64,000 bases of DNA from Bugula neritina (Eukaryota; Animalia; Bryozoa): contig CAXIUT010000103.1 of NCBI GenBank assembly GCA_964035545.1, positions 1 through 64,000 of the forward strand. Direction: 5' to 3'. The notes under the pieces are model-generated. The model worked only from the letters and a program-made list of their open reading frames with translations. It had not been told where the DNA came from and did not search any database. The translations under genes were made by a program, and so were the position numbers. The stretch's first letter is position 1. Each line of letters starts with the position of its first letter. Positions 1-12,000 of the stretch are shown here, piece by piece.

Positions 1-552
1 ATGAGAAATAAATGAGTCATTCTATGAAAAGAGGTGTTTGCAGCACTTGTCCACTTTTGATTTTCATGCGGCATGGAAACTTTTGTAGTTTTAAATAATG
101 TCTCCAAATTCATCACTTGCATGTGTTTAGATACTTGATGAAAATTTTTATGCAAAACTTGATGCCTGCTTCAAAGACACCAGTGCTTAATTACTGTGTT
201 AACTGTATTGGCACGTTGCCATGAGATATTTGGTAATATTTCGCATCACAACAAACTCTTCAGAAAGTTGAGAAAATCAGTCTAGAAAGTTAATGAAATA
301 AACCTACCAGAGAGAGTAAGCTAGATGTAACAAGTAGATCCAAAACAAGTTGATAAACAATTGAAGTTGAAGTCTCCATGTAGTCAACACGTTAGTCCTA
401 ATGTCAAATGCAAACGTCTGCAACCAAACTGTGTAGACTTCATAAGCTGGTTAGCTGACAGGAGAGATTAAAGTTCTTAACTCTTGTGTGTATAGTGATG
501 CCCATCTTGAACTAGAGATGGCTGACTGAAGACTGCTACTTTGTGAAAATTG

Positions 553-623
553 ACAATGCATATTATTATTATTCATTGTTGAGATTCACGACTGCCATAA
601 ACAATGATAAAATATTCATTGTT
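553..623. promoter_or_regulatory. Four alternating-orientation ACAATG/CATTGT (SOX/HMG-box-like) motifs forming short inverted repeats
   Basis: ACAATG at 553-558, CATTGTT at 574-580, AACAATGA at 600-607 and TCATTGTT at 616-623. Motif match only. Confidence 0.3.
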
Positions 624-630
624 GGTACTA

Positions 631-704
631 CTGAGTAGAATAAAATATAATATAATATTATTTTCTGGACAGATAAATAATATCAAATGCATATTATAAC
701 TTAC
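631..704 (-). other. Candidate 74-nt GT-AG spliceosomal intron, once per monomer
   Basis: Minus-strand donor ATG|GTAAGT (plus-strand ACTTAC at 699-704), very AT-rich interior, acceptor ATATTTTATTCTACTCAG (plus-strand CT at 631-632), and purine-rich GAAG-containing upstream sequence. There is no transcript evidence. Confidence 0.3.
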
Positions 705-1053
705 CATAAATCTACAGTGCTTCACATCTTCACCTTTTTCTGCAATGTTATTTCTTTGCAGTTAGAAGTACTAGCTGAATATATGACTATGAAACATAAC
801 CCTTCAATTTCATTGCACCAGCACCAGTTGCAAGATAGGTGTATTGAGAGTTATCTTTCCCAAAATTTTGTTCTTGGTGTTTATACGAAGCAGACACAGG
901 CTAATATTAGTTTTGTTATTTGCAAGAGTTTTTCTGTCTGATTGTCCATCAGCAAAAGTTTGCGCCTTGCAGTTATTATGGAAATACCAGTGATGCTGGA
1001 AGACCTTTGCATTGTACACCCGCCTTTACTATTGAATTTAGATATTTTATTTT

Positions 1054-1082
1054 CCCATCCCCTCTCCTGCCCCCCTGTCCCC
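1054..1082 (-). other. Potential G-quadruplex / i-motif tract, once per monomer; contains a GC-box-like GGGGCGGGAG in most units
   Basis: The minus strand reads GGGG-ACA-GGGGGG-C(A/G)GGAGA-GGGG-AT-GGG and matches the G3+N1-7 x4 pattern. It is the most GC-rich patch of the unit. Folding is not demonstrated. Confidence 0.6.
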
Positions 1083-1100
1083 TCTAACAACCAGCAATCC

Positions 1101-1360
1101 TGACTCATGTGAATTGTGTTATTGTTCTAGAGTTGGCCCATGGGCCTACAGTATACGATTTGAAGCTTTATAGTTTACAGGCAGTAGAGATGAGTCACTG
1201 CTGAAACTCATTTTATTAGTAGACTATATTGCTCTTCAATAATCAGTTTTCATATTAAAAGAGAAAGCTCATCTGCAGCGCCATTTCACAGTGTTATGTT
1301 TTGCTAGAGCAATAACTACTTTTAGATGCCTTTGCAAACATATGAGAAATAAATGAGTCA
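1101..1360. promoter_or_regulatory. Cluster of three AP-1/GCN4-type TGASTCA motifs per monomer
   Basis: TGACTCA at 1101-1107, TGAGTCA at 1191-1197 and TGAGTCA at 1354-1360 (inside ATGAGTCAT). Motif match only. Confidence 0.4.
1135..1146. other. Perfect 12-bp palindrome GGCCCATGGGCC, once per monomer
   Basis: Self-reverse-complementary and unchanged in the units I read. The base immediately 3' varies (T/C). Confidence 0.85.
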
Positions 1361-1499
1361 TTCTATGAAAAGAGGTGTTTGCAGCACTTGTCCACTTTTG
1401 ATTTACATGCGGCATGGAAACTTTTGTAGTTTTAAATAATGTCTCCAAATTCATCACTTGCATGTGTTTAGATACTTGATGAAAATTTTTATGCAAAAC

Positions 1500-4400
1500 T
1501 TGATGCCTGCTTCAAAGACACCAGTGCTTAATTACTGTGTTAACTGTATTGGCACGTTGCCATGAGATATTTGGTAATATTTCGCATCACAACAAACTCT
1601 TCAGAAAGTTGAGAAAATCAGTCTAGAAAGTTAATGAAATAAACCTACCAGAGAGAGGAAGCCAGATGTAACAAGTAGATCCAAAACAAGTTGATAAACA
1701 ATTGAAGTTGAAGTCTCCATGTAGTCAACACTTTAGTCCTAACGTCAAATTCAAACGTCTGCAACCAAACTGTGTAGACTTCATGAGCTGGTTAGCTGAC
1801 AGGACAGATTAAAGTTCTTAACTCTTGTGTGTATAGTGATGCCCATCTTGAACTAGAGAGGGCTGACTGAAGACTGCTACTTTGTGAAAATTGACAATGC
1901 ATATTATTATTATTCATTGTTGAGATTCACGACTGCCATACACAATGATAAAATATTCATTGTTGGTACTACTGAGTAGAACAAAATATAATATAATATT
2001 ATTTTCTGGAAAGATAAATAATATCAAATGCATATTATAACTTACCATAAATCTACAGTGCTTCACATCTTCACCTTTTTCTGCAATGTTATTTCTTTGC
2101 AGTTAGAAGTACTAGCTGAATATATGACTATGAAACATAACCCTTCAATTTCATTGCACCAGCACCAGTTGCAAGATAGGTGTATTGAGAGTTATCTTTC
2201 CCAAAATTTTGTTCTTGGTGTTTATACGAAGCAGACACAGGCTAATATTAGTTTTGTTATTTGCAAGAGTTTTTCTGTCTGATTGTCCATCAGCAAAAGT
2301 TTGCGCCTTGCAGTTATTATGGAAATACCAGTGATGCTGGAAGACCTTTGCATTGTACACCCGCCTTGACTATTGAAGTTAGATGTTTTATTTTCCCATC
2401 CCCTCTCCCGCCCCCCTGTCCCCTCTAACAACCGGCAATCCTGACTCATGTGAATTGTGTTATTGTTCTAGAGTTGGCCCATGGGCCTACAGTATACGAT
2501 TTGAAGCTTTATAGTTTACAGGCAGTCGAGATGAGTCACTGCTGAAACCCATTTCATTAGTAGACTATATTGCTCTTCAATCATCAGTTTTCATATTAAA
2601 ACAGAAAGCTCATCTGCAGCGCCATTTCACAGTGTTATATTTTGCTAGAGCAATAACTAATTTTAGATGCCTTTGCAAACATATGAGAAATAAATGAGTC
2701 ATTCTATGAAAAGAGGTGTTTGCAGCACTTGTCCACTTTTGATTTACACGCGGCATCGAAACTTTTGTAGTTTTAAATAATGTCTCCAAATTCATCACTT
2801 GCATGTGTTTAGATACTTGATGAAAATGTTTATGCAAAATTTGATGCCTGCTTCAAAGACACCAGTGCTTAATTACTGTGTTAACTGTATTGGCACGTTG
2901 CCATGAGATATTTGGTAATATTTCGCATCACAACAAACTCTTCAGAAAGTTAAGAAAATCAGTCTAGAAAGTTAATGAAATAAACCTACCAGAGAGAGTA
3001 AGCCAGATGTAACAAGTAGATCCAAAACAAGTTGATTAACAATTGAAGTTGAAGTCTCGATGTAGTCAACACTTTAGTCCTAACGTCAAATGCTAACGTC
3101 TGCAACCAAACTGTGAAGACTTCATGAGCTGGTTAGCTGACAGGACACATTAAAGTTCTTAACTCTTGTGTGTATAGTGATGCCCATCTTGAACTAGAGA
3201 GGGCTGACTGAAGACTGCTACTTTGTGAAAATTGACAATGCATATTATTATTATTCATTGTTGAGATTCACGACTGCCATAAACAATGATAAAATATTCA
3301 TTGTTGGTACTACTGAGTAGAATAAAATATAATATAATATTGTTTTCTGGACAGAAAAGTAATATCAAATGCATATTATAACTTACCATAAATCTACAGT
3401 GCTTCACATCTTCACCTTTTCCTGCAATTTTATTTCTTTGCAGTTAGAAGTACTAGCTGAATATATGACGATGAAACATAACCCTTCAATTTCATTGCAC
3501 CAGCACCAGTTGCAAGATAGGTGTGTTGGGAGTTATCTTTCCTAAAAATTTGTTCTTGGTGTTTATACGAAGCAGACACAGGCTAATATTAGTTTTGTTA
3601 TTTGCAAGAGTTTTTCTGTCTGATTGTCCATCAGCAAAAGTTTGCGCCTTGCAGTTATTATGGAAATACCAGTGATGCTGGAAGACCTTTGCATTGTACA
3701 CCCGCCTTTACTATTGAATTTAGATATTTTATTTTCCCATCCCCTCTCCTGCCCCCCTGTCCCCTCTAACAACCAGCAATCCTGACTCATGTGAATTGTG
3801 TTATTGTTCTAGAGTTGGCCCATGGGCCTACAGTATACGATTTGAAGCTTTATAGTTTACAGGCAGTCGAGATGAGTCACTGCTGAAACCCATTTTATTA
3901 GTAGACTATATTGCTCTTCAATCATCAGTTTTCATATTAAAACAGAAAGCTCATCTGCAGCGCCATTTCACAGTGTTATATTTTGCTAGAGCAATAACTA
4001 ATTTTAGATGCCTTTGCAAACATATGAGAAATAAATGAGTCATTCTATGAAAAGAGGTGTTTGCAGCAATTGTCCACTTTTGATTTACAAGCGGCATCGA
4101 AACTTTTGTAGTTTTAAATAATATCTCCAAACTCATCACTTGCATGTATTTAGATACTTGATAAACTTTTTTATGCAAAACTTGATGCCTGCTTCAAAGA
4201 CACCAGTGCTTAATTACTGTGTTAACTGTATTGGCATGTTGCCATGAGATATTTGGTAATATTTCGCATCACAACAAACTCTTCAGAAAGTTGAGAAAAT
4301 CAGTCTAGAAAGTTAATGAAATAAACCTACCAGAGAGAGGAAGCCAGATGTAACAAGTAGATCCAAAACAAGTTGATAAACAATTGAAGTTGAAGTCTCC

Positions 4401-7400
4401 ATGTAGTCAACACTTTAGTCCTAACGTCAAATTCAAACGTCTGCAACCAAACTGTGTAGACTTCATGAGCTGGTTAGCTGACAGGACAGATTAAAGTTCT
4501 TAACTCTTGTGTGTACAGTGATGCCCATCTTGAACTAGAGAGGGCTGACTGAAGACTGCTACTTTGTGAAAATTGACAATGCATATTATTATTATTCATT
4601 GTTGAGATTCACGACTGCCATACACAATGATAAAATATTCATTGTTGGTACTACTGAGTAGAATAAAATATAATATAATATTATTTTCTGGAAAGATAAA
4701 TAATATCAAATGCATATTATAACTTACCATAAATCTACAGTGCTTCACATCTTCACCTTTTTCTGCAATGTTATTTCTTTGCAGTTAGAAGTACTAGCTG
4801 AATATATGACTATGAAACATAACCCTTCAATTTCATTGCACCAGCACCAGTTGCAAGATAGGTGTATTGAGAGTTATCTTTCCCAAAATTTTGTTCTTGG
4901 TGTTTATACGAAGCAGACACAGGCTAATATTAGTTTTGTTATTTGCAAGAGTTTTTCTGTCTGATTGTCCATCAGCAAAAGTTTGCGCCTTGCAGTTATT
5001 ATGGAAATACCAGTGATGCTGGAATACCTTTGCATTGTACACCCGCCTTGACTATTGAAGTTAGATGTTTTATTTTCCCATCCCCTCTCCAGCCCCCTTG
5101 TCCCCTCTAACAACCGGCAATCCTGACTCATGTGAATTGTGTTATTGTTCTAGAGTTGGCCCATGGGCCTACAGTATACGATTTGAAGCTTTATAGTTTA
5201 CAGGCAGTCGAGATGAGTCACTGCTGAAACCCATTTTATTAGTAGACTATATTGCTCTTCAATCATCAGTTTTCATATTAAAACAGAAAGCTCATCTGCA
5301 GCGCCATTTCACAGTGTTATATTTTGCTAGAGCAATAACTAATTTTAGATGCCTTTGCAAACATATGAGAAATAAATGAGTCATTCTATGAAAAGAGGTG
5401 TTTGCAGCACTTGTCCACTTTTGATTTACACGCGGCATCGAAACTTTTGTAGTTTTAAATAATGTCTCCAAATTCATCACTTGCATGTGTTTAGATACTT
5501 GATGAAAATGTTTATGCAAAATTTGATGCCTGCTTCAAAGACACCAGTGCTTAATTACTGTGTTAACTGTATTGGCACGTTGCCATGAGATATTTGGTAA
5601 TATTTCGCATCACAACAAACTCTTCAGAAAGTTAAGAAAATCAGTCTAGAAAGTTAATGAAATAAACCTACCAGAGAGAGTAAGCCAGATGTAACAAGTA
5701 GATCCAAAACAAGTTGATTAACAATTGAAGTTGAAGTCTCGATGTAGTCAACACTTTAGTCCTAACGTCAAATGCTAACGTCTGCAACCAAACTGTGAAG
5801 ACTTCATGAGCTGGTTAGCTGACAGGACACATTAAAGTTCTTAACTCTTGTGTGTATAGTGATGCCCATCTTGAACTAGAGAGGGCTGACTGAAGACTGC
5901 TACTTTGTGAAAATTGACAATGCATATTATTATTATTCATTGTTGAGATTCACGACTGCCATAAACAATGATAAAATATTCATTGTTGGTACTACTGAGT
6001 AGAATAAAATATAATATAATATTGTTTTCTGGACAGAAAAGTAATATCAAATGCATATTATAACTTACCATAAATCTACAGTGCTTCACATCTTCACCTT
6101 TTCCTGCAATTTTATTTCTTTGCAGTTAGAAGTAGTAGCTGAATATATGACGATGAAACATAACCCTTCAATTTCATTGCACCAGCACCAGTTGCAAGAT
6201 AGGTGTGTTGGGAGTTATCTTTCCTAAAAATTTGTTCTTGGTGTTTATACGAAGCAGACACAGGCTAATATTAGTTTTGTTATTTGCAAGAGTTTTTCTG
6301 TCTGATTGTCCATCAGCAAAAGTTTGCGCCTTGCAGTTATTATGGAAATACCAGTGATGCTGGAAGACCTTTGCATTGTACACCCGCCTTTACTATTGAA
6401 TTTAGATATTTTATTTTCCCATCCCCTCTCCTGCCCCCCTGTCCCCTCTAACAACCAGCAATCCTGACTCATGTGAATTGTGTTATTGTTCTAGAGTTGG
6501 CCCATGGGCCTACAGTATACGATTTAAAGCTTTATAGTTTACAGGCAGTCGAGATGAGTCACTGCTGAAACCCATTTTATTAGTAGACTATATTGCTCTT
6601 CAATCATCAGTTTTCATATTAAAACAGAAAGCTCATCTGCAGCGCCATTTCACAGTGTTATATTTTGCTAGAGCAATAACTAATTTTAGATGCCTTTGCA
6701 AACATATGAGAAATAAATGAGTCATTCTATGAAAAGAGGTGTTTGCAGCAATTGTCCACTTTTGATTTACAAGCGGCATCGAAACTTTTGTAGTTTTAAA
6801 TAATATCTCCAAACTCATCACTTGCATGTATTTAGATACTTGATAAACTTTTTTATGCAAAACTTGATGCCTGCTTCAAAGACACCAGTGCTTAATTACT
6901 GTGTTAACTGTATTGGCACGTTGCCATGAGATATTTGGTAATATTTCGCATCACAACAAACTCTTCAGAAAGTTGAGAAAATCAGTCTAGAAAGTTAATG
7001 AAATAAACCTACCAGAGAGAGGAAGCCAGATGTAACAAGTAGATCCAAAACAAGTTGATAAACAATTGAAGTTGAAGTCTCCATGTAGTCAACACTTTAG
7101 TCCTAACGTCAAATTCAAACGTCTGCAACCAAACTGTGTAGACTTCATGAGCTGGTTAGCTGACAGGACAGATTAAAGTTCTTAACTCTTGTGTGTATAG
7201 TGATGCCCATCTTGAACTAGAGAGGGCTGACTGAAGACTGCTACTTTGTGAAAATTGACAATGCATATTATTATTATTCATTGTTGAGATTCACGACTGC
7301 CATACACAATGATAAAATATTCATTGTTGGTACTACTGAGTAGAATAAAATATAATATAATATTATTTTCTGGAAAGATAAATAATATCAAATGCATATT

Positions 7401-9085
7401 ATAACTTACCATAAATCTACAGTGCTTCACATCTTCACCTTTTTCTGCAATGTTATTTCTTTGCAGTTAGAAGTACTAGCTGAATATATGACTATGAAAC
7501 ATAACCCTTCAATTTCATTGCACCAGCACCAGTTGCAAGATAGGTGTATTGAGAGTTATCTTTCCCAAAATTTTGTTCTTGGTGTTTATACGAAGCAGAC
7601 ACAGGCTAATATTAGTTTTGTTATTTGCAAGAGTTTTTCTGTCTGATTGTCCATCAGCAAAAGTTTGCGCCTTGCAGTTATTATGGAAATACCAGTGATG
7701 CTGGAAGACCTTTGCATTGTACACCCGCCTTGACTATTGAAGTTAGATGTTTTATTTTCCCATCCCCTCTCCCGCCCCCCTGTCCCCTCTAACAACCGGC
7801 AATCCTGACTCATGTGAATTGTGTTATTGTTCTAGAGTTGGCCCATGGGCCTACAGTATACGATTTGAAGCTTTATAGTTTACAGGCAGTCGAGATGAGT
7901 CACTGCTGAAACCCATTTTATTAGTAGACTATATTGCTCTTCAATCATCAGTTTTCATATTAAAACAGAAAGCTCATCTGCAGCGCCATTTCACAGTGTT
8001 ATATTTTGCTAGAGCAATAACTAATTTTAGATGCCTTTGCAAACATATGAGAAATAAATGAGTCATTCTATGAAAAGAGGTGTTTGCAGCACTTGTCCAC
8101 TTTTGATTTACACGCGGCATCGAAACTTTTGTAGTTTTAAATAATGTCTCCAAATTCATCACTTGCATGTGTTTAGATACTTGATGAAAATGTTTATGCA
8201 AAATTTGATGCCTGCTTCAAAGACACCAGTGCTTAATTACTGTGTTAACTGTATTGGCACGTTGCCATGAGATGTTTGGTAATATTTCGCATCACAACAA
8301 ACTCTTCAGAAAGTTAAGAAAATCAGTCTAGAAAGTTAATGAAATAAACCTACCAGAGAGAGTAAGCCAGATGTAACAAGTAGATCCAAAACAAGTTGAT
8401 TAACAATTGAAGTTGAAGTCTCGATGTAGTCAACACTTTAGTCCTAACGTCAAATGCTAACGTCTGCAACCAAACTGTGAAGACTTCATGAGCTGGTTAG
8501 CTGACAGGACACATTAAAGTTCTTAACTCTTGTGTGTATAGTGATGCCCATCTTGAACTAGAGAGGGCTGACTGAAGACTGCTACTTTGTGAAAATTGAC
8601 AATGCATATTATTATTATTCATTGTTGAGATTCACGACTGCCATAAACAATGATAAAATATTCATTGTTGGTACTACTGAGTAGAATAAAATATAATATA
8701 ATATTGTTTTCTGGACAGAAAAGTAATATCAAATGCATTTTATAACTTACCATAAATCTACAGTGCTTCACATCTTCACCTTTTCCTGCAATTTTATTTC
8801 TTTGCAGTTAGAAGTAGTAGCTGAATATATGACGATGAAACATAACCCTTCAATTTCATTGCACCAGCACCAGTTGCAAGATAGGTGTGTTGGGAGTTAT
8901 CTTTCCTAAAAATTTGTTCTTGGTGTTTATACGAAGCAGACACAGGCTAATATTAGTTTTGTTATTTGCAAGAGTTTTTCTGTCTGATTGTCCATCAGCA
9001 AAAGTTTGCGCCTTGCAGTTATTATGGAAATACCAGTGATGCTGGAAGACCTTTGCATTGTACACCCGCCTTTACTATTGAATTT
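1500..9085. repeat. 2-mer higher-order repeat, period 2682 bp, ~2.8 copies
   Basis: Variant GAGAGGAAGCC recurs near 1655, 4337 and 7019. The ORF alleles MHKHF (2610, 5292, 7974) alternate with MHKKV (3951, 6633), and the + strand 84-aa ORF is open in alternate units. Confidence 0.9.
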
Positions 9086-12000
9086 AGATGTTTTATTTTC
9101 CCATCCCCTCTCCTGCCCCCCTGTCCCCTCTAACAACCAGCAATCCTGACTCATGTGAATTGTGTTATTGTTCTAGAGTTGGCCCATGGGCCCACAGTAT
9201 ACGATTTGAAGCTTTATAGTTTACAGGCAGTCGAGATGAGTCACTGCTGAAACCCATTTTATTAGTAGACTATATTGCTCTTCAATAATCAGTTTTCATA
9301 TTAAAAGAGAAAGCTCATCTGCAGCGCCATTTCACAGTGTTATGTTTTGCTAGAGCAATAACTAATTTTAGATGCCTTTGCAAACATATGAGAAATAAAT
9401 GAGTCATTCTATGAAAAGAGGTGTTTGCAGCACTTGTCCACTTTTGATTTACACGCGGCATCGAAACTTTTGTAGTTTTAAATAATGTCTCCAAATTCAT
9501 CACTTGCATGTGTTTAGATACTTGATGAAAATGTTTATGCAAAATTTGATGCCTGCTTCAAAGACACCAGTGCTTAATTACTGTGTTAACTGTATTGGCA
9601 CGTTGCCATGAGATATTTGGTAATATTTCGCATCACAACAAACTCTTCAGAAAGTTAAGAAAATCAGTCTAGAAAGTTAATGAAATAAACCTACCAGAGA
9701 GAGTAAGCCAGATGTAACAAGTAGATCCAAAACAAGTTGATTAACAATTGAAGTTGAAATCTCCATGTAGTCAACACTTTAGTCCTAATGTCAAATGCAA
9801 GCGTCTGCAACCAAACTGTGTAGACTTCATGAGCTGGTTAGCTAACAGGACTCATTAAAGTTCTTAACTCTTGTGTGTATAGTGATGCCCATCTTGAACT
9901 AGAGAGGGGTGACTGAAGACTGCTACTTTGTGAAAATTGACAATGCATATTATTATTATTCATTGTTGAGATTCACGACTGCCATAAACAATGATAAAAT
10001 ATTCATTGTTGGTACTACTGAGTAGAATAAAATATAATATAATATTATTTTCTGGACAGACAAATAATATCAAATGCATATTATAACTTACCATAAATCT
10101 ACAGTGCTTCACATCTTCACCTTTTTCTGCAATGTTATTTCTTTGCAGTTAGAAGTACTAGCTGAATATATGACTATGAAACATAACCCTTCAATTTCAT
10201 TGCACCAGCACCAGTTGCAAGATAGGTGTGTTGGGAGTTATCTTTCCCAAAACTTTGTTCTTGGTGTTTATACGAAGCAGACACAGGCTAATATTAGTTT
10301 TGTTATTTGCAAGAGTATTTCTGTCTGATTGTCCATCGGCAAAAGTTTGCGCCTTGCAGTTATTATGGAAATACCAGTGATGCTGGAAGACCTTTGCATT
10401 GTACACCCGCCTTTACTATTGAATTTAGATGTTTTATTTTCCCATCCCCTCTCCTGCCCCCCTGTCCCCTCTAACAACCGGCAATCCTGACTCATGTGAA
10501 TTGTGTTATTGTTCTAGAGTTGGCCCATGGGCCCACAGTATACGATTTGAAGCTTTATAGTTTACAGGCAGTCGAGATGAGTCACTGCTGAAACCCATTT
10601 TATTAGTAGACTATATTGCTCTTCAATAATCTGTTTTCATATTAAAAGAGAAAGCTCATCTGCAGCGCCATTTCACAGTGTTATGTTTTGCTAGAGCAAT
10701 AACTAATTTTAGATGCCTTTGCAAACATATGAGAAATAAATGAGTCATTCTATGAAAAGAGGTGTTTGCAGCACTTGTCCACTTTTGATTTTCATGCGGC
10801 ATGGAAACTTTTGTAGTTTTAAATAATGTCTCCAAATTCATCACTTGCATGTGTTTGGATACTTGATGAAAATTTTTATGCAAAACTTGATGCCTGCTTC
10901 AAAGACACCAGTGCTTAATTACTGTGTTAACTGTATTGGCACGTTGCCATGAGATATTTGGTAATATTTCGCATCACAACAAACTCTTCAGAAAGTTGAG
11001 AAAATCAGTCTAGAAAGTTAATGAAATAAACCTACCAGAGAGAGTAAGCTAGATGTAACAAGTAGATCCAAAACAAGTTGATAAACAATTGAAGTTGAAG
11101 TCTCCATGTAGTCAACACGTTAGTCCTAATGTCAAATGCAAACGTCTGCAACCAAACTGTGTAGACTTCATAAGCTGGTTAGCTGACAGGAGAGATTAAA
11201 GTTCTTAACTCTTGTGTGTATAGTGATGCCCATCTTGAACTAGAGATGGCTGACTGAAGACTGCTACTTTGTGAAAATTGACAATGCATATTATTATTAT
11301 TCATTGTTGAGATTCACGACTGCCATAAACAATGATAAAATATTCATTGTTGGTACTACTGAGTAGAATAAAATATAATATAATATTGTTTTCTGGACAG
11401 AAAAGTAATATCAAATGCATATTATAACTTACCATAAATCTACAGTGCTTCACATCTTCACCTTTTCCTGCAATTTTATTTCTTTGCAGTTAGAAGTAGT
11501 AGCTGAATATATGACGATGAAACATAACCCTTCACTTTCATTGCACCAGCACCAGTTGCAAGATAGGTGTGTTGGGAGTTATCTTTCCTAAAAATTTGTT
11601 CTTGGTGTTTATACGAAGCAGACACAGGCTAATATTAGTTTTGTTATTTGCAAGAGTTTTTCTGTCTGATTGTCCATCAGCAAAAGTTTGCGCCTTGCAG
11701 TTATTATGGAAATACCAGTGATGCTGGAAGACCTTTGCATTGTACACCCGCCTTTACTATTGAATTTAGATATTTTATTTTCCCATCCCCTCTCCTGCCC
11801 CCCTGTCCCCTCTAACAACCAGCAATCCTGACTCATGTGAATTGTGTTATTGTTCTAGAGTTGGCCCATGGGCCTACGGTATACGATTTGAAGCTTTATA
11901 GTTTACAGGCAGTCGAGATGAGTCACTGCTGAAACCCATTTTATTAGTAGACTATATTGCTCTTCAATCATCAGTTTTCATATTAAAACAGAAAGCTCAT

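Larger units (their letters stand above)
1..1341. repeat. Representative monomer (phase arbitrary, set by window start)
   Basis: ATGAGAAATAAATGAGTCAT at 1 recurs at 1342. No internal sub-repeat periodicity was seen. Confidence 0.97.

Noticed and set aside
239-255. CENP-B box candidate starting TTTCG
   Set aside because: Lacks the required CGGG half.
358-380. Resemblance to a Tc1/Sleeping Beauty terminal repeat start (CAATTGAAGTTGAAGT)
   Set aside because: Short degenerate match with no partner inverted repeat or transposase remnant.
445-482. tRNA/SINE A-box-like AGCTGGTTAGC
   Set aside because: No B box (GTTCRA) and no cloverleaf.
526-548. Hammerhead ribozyme core lookalike CTGAAGA...GAAA (also minus-strand CTGATGA near 2581)
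   Set aside because: Stem II cannot pair properly and stems I and III were not found. The minus-strand motif lacks GAAA and is polymorphic.
696-706. U1 snRNA 5'-end lookalike ATAACTTACCA
   Set aside because: Only the donor-complementary core matches, and no U1 body follows.
640-760. Spliced-leader RNA gene (tandem unit, leader ending in ATG|GT as in flatworms)
   Set aside because: No conserved Sm site or stem-loops downstream of the donor, and that region is the most variable part of the unit. The AATTTTGG lookalike lies upstream and is polymorphic. Trans-spliced 5' reads ending in GTAGATTTATG would revive this idea.
687-941. 84-aa plus-strand ORF and plus-strand acceptor TTTCTTTGCAG (761) with donor near 839
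   Set aside because: Interrupted by TAA in more than half of the units and by GAA TAA in three. The 77-nt exon is not frame-preserving and its donor is weak. The pyrimidine tract is simply the complement of the purine-rich minus-strand segment.
1021-1031. U5 loop 1 lookalike CGCCTTTACT
   Set aside because: One T short, polymorphic (CGCCTTGACT), and without a U5 stem.
810-1108. Overlapping 69-aa and 75-aa minus-strand ORFs
   Set aside because: Short, mutually overlapping, no homology recognised, and variants are mostly non-synonymous. The 69-aa ORF starts at GTG.
1269-1496. 75-aa minus-strand ORF (MHKNF...) open in all complete units
   Set aside because: No recognisable domain. By hand I found about 19 amino-acid-changing versus about 7 silent variants, close to neutral expectation. 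Persistence reflects recent amplification.
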